From Pseudomonadota bacterium (GTDB lineage Archaea > Thermoplasmatota > SW-10-69-26 > JACQPN01 > JAJPHT01): a stretch of 64,000 nt of DNA. The position numbers and the translations under genes were made by a program. This document shows, piece by piece, positions 49,919 to 57,796 of this stretch; position 1 is the first letter of the stretch; the number at the start of each line of letters is the position of its first letter. The DNA lies in assembly GCA_021325135.1 (NCBI GenBank), contig JAJPHT010000029.1, positions 168,144 to 232,143 on the forward strand. Reading direction: 5' to 3'. Under the pieces are notes generated by a model. The model saw nothing but the letters and a program-made list of their open reading frames with translations. It did no database searches and was not told where the DNA came from.

Positions 49919-50404
49919 ATGCGCGTCCTTCTGCCCATCCTCCTCGTCTCCGCGGCCGTCCTCGCGGGCTGCGCCAGCAACAGCGCCACGCCGCCCACCG
50001 CGGCCAACAACAGCACCGACATGACGCCCGCGCCCATGGCGATGGTCGCCACCATCGAGCTTGGCGAGAGCCCCACCGCGCCCGGCGGCCCCGCCGTGGG
50101 CCCCGGCAGCATGTACCTCACCCCCAAGGGGTTCGACGGCCTCACCGCGGGCATGACCATCACCATCAACATCACCAACAAGGGGAGCGAGACGCACGAC
50201 GTCGTCATCGACGGCACCGACTTCAAGAGCGGCGACATCGCGGCTGGCAAGTCGGTGACCAAGACGTGGACGCCCACCAAGGACGGCACGTACACGGCCT
50301 ACTGCGACAAGGGCGCGGGCGTTCCCGACCCCTCGGGGCAGAACCTCGGCACGCACCGCGGCAACGGCATGCAGGCGACGATCACGGTCAAGAAGGCGGC
50401 GTAA
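49919..50404 (+). CDS. Cupredoxin (type-1 Cu) lipoprotein
   Basis: LAGC lipobox; ligands H (THDV), C (YC), H and M (HRGNGM). Confidence 0.85.
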   Translation: MRVLLPILLVSAAVLAGCASNSATPPTAANNSTDMTPAPMAMVATIELGESPTAPGGPAVGPGSMYLTPKGFDGLTAGMTITINITNKGSETHDVVIDGTDFKSGDIAAGKSVTKTWTPTKDGTYTAYCDKGAGVPDPSGQNLGTHRGNGMQATITVKKAA

Positions 50405-50419
50405 AAAAAAAAACCTCAC

Positions 50420-50535
50420 CGTCGCGCGCGCCGCAGCGCGCGCAAAATGGGGGGTTTCAGGGGGGCTCGCCCCCCTGACGTGAAGTCCCGTTCCATTCGA
50501 TGATGAGCCCTCAGGGGGTGGCTCCCCCAGAGCCC
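50420..50535. repeat. REP/MITE-like palindromic repeat, copy 2
   Basis: Matches 4972-5036, plus a second TCAGGGGG...CTCCCC block. Confidence 0.8.
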
Positions 50536-51203
50536 TTTGTCCTGGCGCGGTGGAGGAGCGATTCCACCATGTCCACGAGCGCCCAGCCCACCACGGGGTC
50601 GTGGGTCTCCTGGGCCAGCGCGCTCTCCAGCGTGGCGCGTTCTTCGGGGCTCGCGGCCCAGGCCACGCTGCGGAAGGGGCGGCGCAGGGCGGGCGCCACG
50701 GCTTCGGGGGCGCCGGCGAGGAGGGCTTCGCGCGCGGCGCGGAGGCCTGCCCAGGCGGGGGCCGGCGGCGAGGCCGCAGGAGCGCCCTCTATGGCGTCGG
50801 CCCACTGGGCGAGCGCCTGCTCCAGGCCGCGCAGCACGGTTCGCGCCGCGGTGATGAGCGCGACCAGGCGGAACGCGTCCCCGTGGCCCGACTCCAGGTT
50901 GCGCAGCGCCAGTTGAAGCTGGAGGAGGATGCCTTCGCTCTCCGCCATGCGCTTCGCGAGCGACGCGTGCGCCCACGCTTCGCGTTGCACGGCCGACGGG
51001 TGGGCCAGGGCCGCGAGGTCGGGCGCTTCGCCTGCGCCTTGGCGCGCGGCGGCGATCTCGGCGGGCAGCGTCTCGCCCAGCGCGGCGAGCAGGCCGTCCA
51101 CGGCCTCCAGCGTGCGCGCGCCCTCGCCACTGGAGAGCGCCTCGGCGTGCCGGTCCAGGAAGAGGCGCGTCGCGGCGGCGAGCTCCGAGGCGGGGCTGGT
51201 CAT
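50511..51203 (-). CDS. Hypothetical protein
   Basis: Helical Ala/Leu-rich ORF that fills the gap. Confidence 0.55.
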   Translation of the reverse strand: MTSPASELAAATRLFLDRHAEALSSGEGARTLEAVDGLLAALGETLPAEIAAARQGAGEAPDLAALAHPSAVQREAWAHASLAKRMAESEGILLQLQLALRNLESGHGDAFRLVALITAARTVLRGLEQALAQWADAIEGAPAASPPAPAWAGLRAAREALLAGAPEAVAPALRRPFRSVAWAASPEERATLESALAQETHDPVVGWALVDMVESLLHRARTKGSGGATP

Positions 51204-51304
51204 CGGGGGCGCCAGGCCGGGAGGGGCGCTTGAGGGTTCGGGCCGCCTTCCCCCGGCGCAAGCATGATGAACCCCATCCCGGATGGCGCGCCCGAGGATT
51301 CCCC

Positions 51305-52240
51305 ATGACCAAGATCGGCTTCGTGGGCGCCGGCAAGATCGGCGCGAACGCTGTCTACTCCACCCTCCACCGCGTCAAGGGCGTCAGCGAGGTCGCCATC
51401 GTCGACATCGTCGAGAACCTCGCGGTGGGCGAGGCCATGGACCTCAACACGGCGGCGGCGGGCCTGGGCCTCTCCACCAAGGTCGTGGGCGGCAGCGACT
51501 ACGGCCTGCTGAAGGGCGCCGACGTGGTCGTCGTCTCCGCGGGCCTGGCGCGCAAGCCGGGCATGACGCGCGAGGACCTCCTCTCCAAGAACGCGGGCAT
51601 CATCAGCGACATCACGCGCAAGGTCTTCGCCGCGGCGCCCGACACGCAGATGCAGATCGTCTCGAACCCCGTGGACCCCCTCGTCTACAAGGCGTGGAAG
51701 GTCAGCGGCAAGGACCGCTCCAAGGTCTACGGCATGGGCGCGCTGCACGACAGCATGCGCCTCTGGGACGTGCTGCGCGACACGTACCACGCGCCCGTCT
51801 GGCACGACTCGTGGATCCTGGGCAACCACGGCGAGCAGATGTTCCCCGCCTCCTCGCTGGCCAACACCGGCGGCGCGCACGTGGACTGGAACGCCGCGAA
51901 GGAGGCCGTCCGCGGCCGCGCGGCCACCATCATCGAGAAGAAGGGCGCCACCTACTACGCGCCCGGCATCGCCATCAGCCAGATGGTGCTCGCCGCCCTG
52001 GGCCAGGGTCCCAAGCAGTGCATCCCCGTCGTCAGCGTCCTCCAGGGCGAGTACGGCCTCAAGGACGTGGCCCTCGGCGTGCCCGCGATCCTCGGCCAGC
52101 GCGGCCTGGAGAAGGTCGTCGAGATGAAGCTCAGCGGCCCCGACCAGGACTGGATGAACAGCGCCGCCAAGGCCATCCAGGACCAGATCGCGATGATCGA
52201 GCAGATGGAGAAGGCCGCCGCGTCGCAGCCCAAGGCGTGA
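51305..52240 (+). CDS. mdh: Malate dehydrogenase (LDH-like)
   Basis: GAGKIG; AGLARKPGMTREDL (Arg at the MDH specificity position); SNPVD; GNHG. Confidence 0.9.
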   Translation: MTKIGFVGAGKIGANAVYSTLHRVKGVSEVAIVDIVENLAVGEAMDLNTAAAGLGLSTKVVGGSDYGLLKGADVVVVSAGLARKPGMTREDLLSKNAGIISDITRKVFAAAPDTQMQIVSNPVDPLVYKAWKVSGKDRSKVYGMGALHDSMRLWDVLRDTYHAPVWHDSWILGNHGEQMFPASSLANTGGAHVDWNAAKEAVRGRAATIIEKKGATYYAPGIAISQMVLAALGQGPKQCIPVVSVLQGEYGLKDVALGVPAILGQRGLEKVVEMKLSGPDQDWMNSAAKAIQDQIAMIEQMEKAAASQPKA

Positions 52241-52256
52241 TCACTTTTTTTTCTCT

Positions 52257-52345
52257 GGGGGCTCCGCCCCCTTTCCCCCCGGGGAAACCCGAATCTCCGA
52301 ATCTCAGAATCACATCCTGAGATTCGGAGATTCGCGGGTTTTTCC
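52257..52345. repeat. REP-like hairpin plus an 18-bp perfect inverted repeat with 8-bp periodicity (possible terminator)
   Basis: CGAATCTCCGAATCTCAG (52290-52307) and CTGAGATTCGGAGATTCG (52317-52334); T-tract after the mdh stop. Confidence 0.8.
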
Positions 52346-52370
52346 GCCGGAGGCGGCGCGATCGGCGATA

Positions 52371-53810
52371 TCAATCCAGCTTCGCCCGCGCCATCCACAG
52401 GTGCGCGTTGGTGGAGTGGCCGCCGCGCACCTCGTCCCCGGGCTCCGTGGAGGGCTGCGGCGCCTTGATCGCGCTCACGGCGAACGCGACGTGGACCCAC
52501 CCGTCGCGCCATGCGATGCCAGGATAGTCCAGAAGCTCGCGGTCCTGGGGGCAGTCCGCGCCGCGGGGGCAGAAGGTGCCCACCTTCACGGGGAAGGGGC
52601 TCGCGCGCACGGGCTCGCCGGGGGTGGTGCCGTTGGTCGTGACGACGAGGGCCCAGGCGTCCCAGCGCGTGTCGGCGGGCGCCTGCTCGGGGCTCACGGC
52701 GGCGGGCGTGCCGTAGAATGCGATCACGGCGCGGCCGGGGCCCGCGGCGGCGATCCAGGGGAGGAGCGCGGTGCCGTTGGTCCAGCCCACCTGGCGCGGC
52801 GCGCTCCACGTGGCGGCGCCGTCGCGGCTCGCGCTGTACCAGAGCGTGCTGCCCCCGCCGGGCGTGCGCTGCATCCACGCGGCGTGGAGCGTGCCGTCGG
52901 GGCCGACGTCCATCTGCATGGGCCAGAGGCCGCCAACGCCCGTGGGGATCGTCGCGACGGTGTGCGGCGTGAAGGTCTGCCCGTGGTCGCGGCTCGCGGC
53001 GACGACGACCGTGGCGGTGCCGTTCCACGGGTCGGCGTTGGGCGACTCGACCCAGGGGTAATAGAACGTGCCGTCCGGCGCGACGCGGGGGCGCGCGATG
53101 AAGGAGCCGCTCTGCGCGCTGTTGGGGTGGACGGTGCCCAGGGGGACCCAGGTGCGTCCCGAGTCGGTGGTGCGCGAAAGGAGCAGCCCATCGTCGGGCG
53201 CGGAGACGGGAAGCCCCACCGGGAGGGGCAGCCCGCCGCGCGCGAAGGCCAGGTACGCCTCCCCAGGGTCGCGGCCCGCGACGATGTACTGCCGGTCGTT
53301 GGCGGCGGGGCGCGCGACGGTGACGAAGTTGCCCGGGTCCCACGAGGCGCCGCCATCGTGGCTCGCCTCGGTGACGAAGCCGTTGTGGCCGGGCACGACG
53401 CCCGTGCCCGTGGGGTCGGGCGCGCTGGTGACCCAGAAGTCGGTGATGTAGACCGTGCCGTCGGGCCCCACGTCCACGTCGGTGTCGCAGGAGCAGAAGC
53501 TCGCGTTCTTGTCCTGCCCCTGGGGCGCGCGCAGCGTCTTGTAGGAGGCGCCGGAGTCGTCGCTGCGCCAGAGGCTCAATTCGCCGTGGGCGTAGTTGGG
53601 CTGGCTCACGACGCTGCCCACCGCGATGACCCACACCTTGCCGCCGGCCGCGGTCGCGACGTTGGGCTCCGCAGCAAGCTGGTCCCCCGGGAGGCGCAGC
53701 GCGGGCTCGAAGGCGAGGCCCGATCCCGGGGTGGAGGAGGAGGGGCCGGGCGCGGCGGGCTGCGCGCAGCCGGCCAGGAGGAGGATCGCCGCGAAGGCGA
53801 GGACGCGCAT
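52371..53810 (-). CDS. BNR/Asp-box (sialidase-like) lipoprotein
   Basis: LAGC lipobox; five SxDxGxT/SW-like Asp boxes. Confidence 0.85.
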   Translation of the reverse strand: MRVLAFAAILLLAGCAQPAAPGPSSSTPGSGLAFEPALRLPGDQLAAEPNVATAAGGKVWVIAVGSVVSQPNYAHGELSLWRSDDSGASYKTLRAPQGQDKNASFCSCDTDVDVGPDGTVYITDFWVTSAPDPTGTGVVPGHNGFVTEASHDGGASWDPGNFVTVARPAANDRQYIVAGRDPGEAYLAFARGGLPLPVGLPVSAPDDGLLLSRTTDSGRTWVPLGTVHPNSAQSGSFIARPRVAPDGTFYYPWVESPNADPWNGTATVVVAASRDHGQTFTPHTVATIPTGVGGLWPMQMDVGPDGTLHAAWMQRTPGGGSTLWYSASRDGAATWSAPRQVGWTNGTALLPWIAAAGPGRAVIAFYGTPAAVSPEQAPADTRWDAWALVVTTNGTTPGEPVRASPFPVKVGTFCPRGADCPQDRELLDYPGIAWRDGWVHVAFAVSAIKAPQPSTEPGDEVRGGHSTNAHLWMARAKLD

Positions 53811-53836
53811 GGCGGGCGCAGCCGGGTCGCGGCGGA

Positions 53837-55234
53837 TCAGGCTTGCGCGGGAATGGGCACCCACGTCTCCTGGTCGCCCTTCCACGCGTAGCCGGAGTCG
53901 GGCTTGCGGGCCGCCAGCGCGCGCACGGCGTCGAGGAGCGCCTCCACGTCGGCGTCGTCGTTGTAGACGCCCAGGCTCGCGCGCACGGCGCCGGGCACCC
54001 CGGGCGCGGAGGTCGAGCCGCCGCGGCGGATCTCCTCGATGAAGGGGCCCGCGTGGACGCCCAGCAATTCCATGAGGTAGGGGTGCGCGCAGAAGCAGCC
54101 GTGGCGCACCGCGACGCCGTGCTCCGCGTTGAGGGCGGTCGCCATGGCGGCGGGGCTCCACCTCCCCAGGCTGAAGGAGACGACGCCCACGCGCTCCTTG
54201 GCCGTGTGCGGGCCCAGCATGCGGACCTCGGGGATCTCCGAGAGGCCGCGCAGGAGCTTGGCGAAGAGGCGCATTTCCCGGCGCTCCGCCTCCTCCATGC
54301 CGACGCGCTCCAGGAAGTCCAGCGCGGCGGCGAACGCGACGGCGCCGGGCACGTTGGGCGTGCCGCCCTCGTGCCGGTCGGGGCTGTCGGCCCAGAGGAT
54401 CTCCTCGTCGAGGACGAGCTTCACGGTCCCGCCGCCGGGCATCCACGGGGGCGCCTGGTCCAGGAGCGAGCGCTTGGCCACCAGCGCCGCGCTGCCCAGG
54501 GGCGCGTAGGCCTTGTGGCCCGCCGCGGCGAAGTAGTCGGGGCCGCCGCCGGGCAGGCGCGAGAAGTCCAGCTTCTCGTGGGCGAGGATCTGCGCGCCGT
54601 CCAGGAGCACGGGGACGCGGGCGTCCTGCGCATGCTCCAGCACCTCCTTGATGGGCGTCTTGACGCCCGTGACGTTGCTGGCGCAGGAGAGCGCCAGGAG
54701 GCGCGGCTTGGGGCGCTGGCGGAGGCGCTCCTCCAGCCGCTCCAGGTCGATGCGCCCCTCCTCGGTGACGCGGATCATCTCCACGCGGCCGTACCAGGGG
54801 GACGCCTCGCTGAACTGCACCTCGCCGCGGCTGCCGTGGCTCGCGTGGGGCAGGAGGTTGCTGTGGTGCTCCAGGCGCGTCGAGAGCACGGGCCCGTCGT
54901 GGAGCGAGCAGGCGACGTGGCTCGCCAGCGAGAGCGCCTGCGTCGTGTTCATGACGAAGACGGCCTCGCGGTCCGAGGGCGCGCCGACGAAGGACTTCAC
55001 GCGCTCGCGGGCGTGCTCGAAGCGGTCCGTCGCGCGCTCGCTGAGGTGGTGCGCGCCGCGGTGCACGTTGGCGTAGGACGTGGTGAGGAAGTCCACCAGG
55101 GCGCGCACGACGGGCTCGGGGGCGTGCGTGCTCGCGGCGTGGTCGAAGAAGCGCAGCGCGTGGTCCTTCCCGTCGCGGCCCGGGATGCGCTCGCGCAGGA
55201 TGGGGAACTCCCGGCGGATCGCCGCGACGTCCAT
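53837..55234 (-). CDS. Class V aminotransferase / SufS-like cysteine desulfurase
   Basis: DHAAST, YANVHRG, EHHSN, SNVTG, DGAQ, GHK, GGTPN, RHGCFCAHP. Confidence 0.9.
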   Translation of the reverse strand: MDVAAIRREFPILRERIPGRDGKDHALRFFDHAASTHAPEPVVRALVDFLTTSYANVHRGAHHLSERATDRFEHARERVKSFVGAPSDREAVFVMNTTQALSLASHVACSLHDGPVLSTRLEHHSNLLPHASHGSRGEVQFSEASPWYGRVEMIRVTEEGRIDLERLEERLRQRPKPRLLALSCASNVTGVKTPIKEVLEHAQDARVPVLLDGAQILAHEKLDFSRLPGGGPDYFAAAGHKAYAPLGSAALVAKRSLLDQAPPWMPGGGTVKLVLDEEILWADSPDRHEGGTPNVPGAVAFAAALDFLERVGMEEAERREMRLFAKLLRGLSEIPEVRMLGPHTAKERVGVVSFSLGRWSPAAMATALNAEHGVAVRHGCFCAHPYLMELLGVHAGPFIEEIRRGGSTSAPGVPGAVRASLGVYNDDADVEALLDAVRALAARKPDSGYAWKGDQETWVPIPAQA

Positions 55235-55339
55235 GCGTTGCCATGATCGATGGCTTGATTTGGACCTTCCGCTGGGGCGCGAGGCGCGGACGAAAGCCCG
55301 AACCCTTATCCCCGAGGCCGCCGAAGAGAGAGGCGTCCC

Positions 55340-55852
55340 ATGGACGAGCGCGCCCGCTTCGACGCCCTCCTGGTCCTCCTGGAGGACCTGGTCGAGGCCA
55401 ACGCGGAGACGCCCATCCTCGTCGAGGGGCAGCGCGACGTCGCGGCGCTGCGCGAGCTGGGCTGCCGGGGCGCGGTCATGACGATCCACTCGGGCGATCC
55501 CCTGCCCGACGTGGTGGAGCGCGTGGCGGAGCGGTGCCGCGCCGTGATCCTGCTCACTGACTGGGACCGCAAGGGGGACCGCTTCTTCGACGAGTTCTCC
55601 AGCGCCCTCGCGCACCGCGGCGTGCGCTGCGACCGATCCTTCCGCGACAAGATCCCCGCCTACGCCCGCGCGGCGTTCAAGGACGTGGAGTCGCTCCCTT
55701 CGTTCGTCGCGCGGGGCCTCGCCCGCTGGCACGGCAAGGCGCTGGAGGAGCATCGCGCCTCGCTGGCGGAGGACCTCTCCCACCTGGCGGCGCGCCTCGC
55801 GGAGGAGTTCCCGCACCAGCCCCTGCCTGAGAAGCGCCGGCGCCACCGGTGA
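55340..55852 (+). CDS. Small TOPRIM domain protein
   Basis: ILVEGQRD..AL..LG, LLTDWDRKG, KDVESL. Confidence 0.88.
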   Translation: MDERARFDALLVLLEDLVEANAETPILVEGQRDVAALRELGCRGAVMTIHSGDPLPDVVERVAERCRAVILLTDWDRKGDRFFDEFSSALAHRGVRCDRSFRDKIPAYARAAFKDVESLPSFVARGLARWHGKALEEHRASLAEDLSHLAARLAEEFPHQPLPEKRRRHR

Positions 55853-55883
55853 GGGCCTTTCCTGGCTCTTCCGTCACCCCTCA

Positions 55884-55941
55884 ACGCCACGGCGCCACGA
55901 CGCGACGCTTAGGGAATCGTCGCGTCGTGGCGTCGTCGCGT
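55884..55941. repeat. 8-bp periodic inverted repeat between convergent genes
   Basis: CGCCACGACGCGACG (55893-55907) and CGTCGCGTCGTGGCG (55918-55932). Confidence 0.8.
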
Positions 55942-55964
55942 CTAGTAGTGACGAAGGAGCAAGC

Positions 55965-56756
55965 TCACTCGCGCTGATACACCAGGAAGGTGTGGCCCAG
56001 GCCCACGACGTCCCCGACCTTCAGCGGCACGCGGCCGCCGCGGGGGATGCGGGAGAAGTTGAGGAACGTGCCGTTGGCGCTGAAGACGTCCACCAGCACG
56101 TGCCCGTGGGCGTCGGCCTGGATCTCGGCGTGGCGGCCGGAGATGAACGGGTCGTGGGCGAGGCGAAGCTGGCGGTCCTCGTCGCGGCCCACGGTCCAGC
56201 GGTTCGCGTCGGAGGTCAGCTCGTAGCGGCTGCCGGCGGCGGGGCCGTTGATGATGAGCATGTGCGCGTGGGGGCCCGTCTTGGGGTCCGAGCCGCGGGA
56301 CGCGCCGGGGCCCTCCATGACGACGGTGCGGTCGGCGGACTTCACCGCGGGGCCGCCCTCGGGCTCCAGGTTGCCCAGGTTGCCGATGGCGACGCCCGCC
56401 GCGAAGAGGCGCTGCGGGACCACGAGGAACTCGATGACCGGGCCCGTGGTGCGGCGGCCGTGGAGCGAGCGCACGAAGCCGCGCTCCTGGAGCTTCTCGA
56501 TGTGCTTCAGCGCGCTCTGGCGGCTCATGCCCAGGGCGTCCGCGATCTCCTCCGCGTAGCGGGGGCGCGTGAGCAGGTGGAGGAGCCGGAGGCGCTGGAG
56601 GTTGGAGAGGGCGTCAAGGTCCTCGGCGAGCGAATCCAGCGAGTCGGAGGCGGGCGTCGGGCCGGGAGCGCTCATGGTCGGTTCGGGCATCCGAGGTTCA
56701 CCTGGGGTCCTGAAGGCTTCGCCAACCTCGCTCGTCGGCGCAGGACGCTTGGTCAA
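55965..56756 (-). CDS. ArsR-type HTH plus FHA domain regulator (start may be 56690)
   Basis: ALSNLQRLRLL...MSRQSALKHIEKL; FHA motifs VGR, ISGRHA, SANGTFLN, GD.V.LG. Confidence 0.88.
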   Translation of the reverse strand: MTKRPAPTSEVGEAFRTPGEPRMPEPTMSAPGPTPASDSLDSLAEDLDALSNLQRLRLLHLLTRPRYAEEIADALGMSRQSALKHIEKLQERGFVRSLHGRRTTGPVIEFLVVPQRLFAAGVAIGNLGNLEPEGGPAVKSADRTVVMEGPGASRGSDPKTGPHAHMLIINGPAAGSRYELTSDANRWTVGRDEDRQLRLAHDPFISGRHAEIQADAHGHVLVDVFSANGTFLNFSRIPRGGRVPLKVGDVVGLGHTFLVYQRE

Positions 56757-56841
56757 GGGGGGTCCTCCACTTGGGCGGTTCTGCGGCGCACCCGCCAGGC
56801 TGCGATGCGTGCAACCCTTCGGTATCCGTGCGGAAGCCTAT

Positions 56842-57720
56842 ATGGCGGCTCGCGGCGTGGCGAGGCAGGTGCCCGTCACCCGGGATCGCGTCACGCGCCT
56901 GCGCGAGTTCGGCCTCTCGGAGTACGCCGCCCGCGCCTACATCGCGCTGCTCGACCTGGGGACCACCGAGGCGCGCGACGTGAGCAGCCTCAGCAAGGTG
57001 CCCGCGTCCAAGATCTACCACATCCTCGACCAGCTCCACGAGAAGGGGCTCGTCGAGATCCTTCCCGAGTTCCCGCGCAAGTACGCGCCCGTCCCCTTCT
57101 CCGAGTTCCTGGACAAGATCCAGGAGGAGCACGAGGAGACGTCGCGCCGCCTGCGCCTTGAGCGCGAAGAGCTTCTGGAGACGTTCGCCCTGGTGGGCGG
57201 CGCCTCGGGCAGCGACCGCGGCAGCCTCACCTTCCTCAGGGGCCGGCGCAACGCCTTCGAGCGCTACGACGAGCTGGTCCGCGGCGCGGCGGAGGAGATC
57301 GCCCTCGTCGCGACGAAGGGCATGCTGGCCAACCGCCGCGGCTGGATCGCCCCGCTGGAGGAGGCCGCCGCGCGCGGCGTGGGCCTGCGCGTCCTGGTCC
57401 CCGAAGGCGCGGCGCGCGCGAGCCTGGAGGACCTCCGCGGCCGGGCCGAGGTGCGGCTGCGCGAGGCGGGCGGGCGCGCGGAGACGGCGGCCATCCTCGT
57501 CGTCGACCAGCGCCGCGTGCTCCTCCTCCACTTCCTCCCCGACGACGGGCACGCCACCGACGGGAACGCGTCCGCCGTCTACGTCGACCAGGACGGCGTC
57601 GTCGCCCTCCTGGCGAACCTCGTGGAGGCCCCCTGGCGCCAGGCCAGCGAGGTGCCCATCGAGGCGCCCCCCGCGAGGGTCCCGCCGGAGGCCGGCGTCG
57701 AGGTCCCCCTTCGGGAATAG
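56842..57720 (+). CDS. TrmB family transcriptional regulator (start may be GTG 56869)
   Basis: FGLSEYAARAY..LL..G...VPASKIY.IL..L..KGLV....PRKY; C-terminal effector domain. Confidence 0.9.
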   Translation: MAARGVARQVPVTRDRVTRLREFGLSEYAARAYIALLDLGTTEARDVSSLSKVPASKIYHILDQLHEKGLVEILPEFPRKYAPVPFSEFLDKIQEEHEETSRRLRLEREELLETFALVGGASGSDRGSLTFLRGRRNAFERYDELVRGAAEEIALVATKGMLANRRGWIAPLEEAAARGVGLRVLVPEGAARASLEDLRGRAEVRLREAGGRAETAAILVVDQRRVLLLHFLPDDGHATDGNASAVYVDQDGVVALLANLVEAPWRQASEVPIEAPPARVPPEAGVEVPLRE

Positions 57721-57796
57721 ACCCCCCTGACGCCCCCCATCCCGCCCCGCCAGGAACGAAACGCTTGATGAGGAGGAGCGCATACGGGGTTCCGCT

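Noticed and set aside
53837-55234. Cysteine desulfurase as DndA for the phosphorothioation-associated methyltransferase
   Set aside because: It is 12 kb away in a housekeeping context, has SufS-like motifs, and no dndBCDE or ssp genes are in the window
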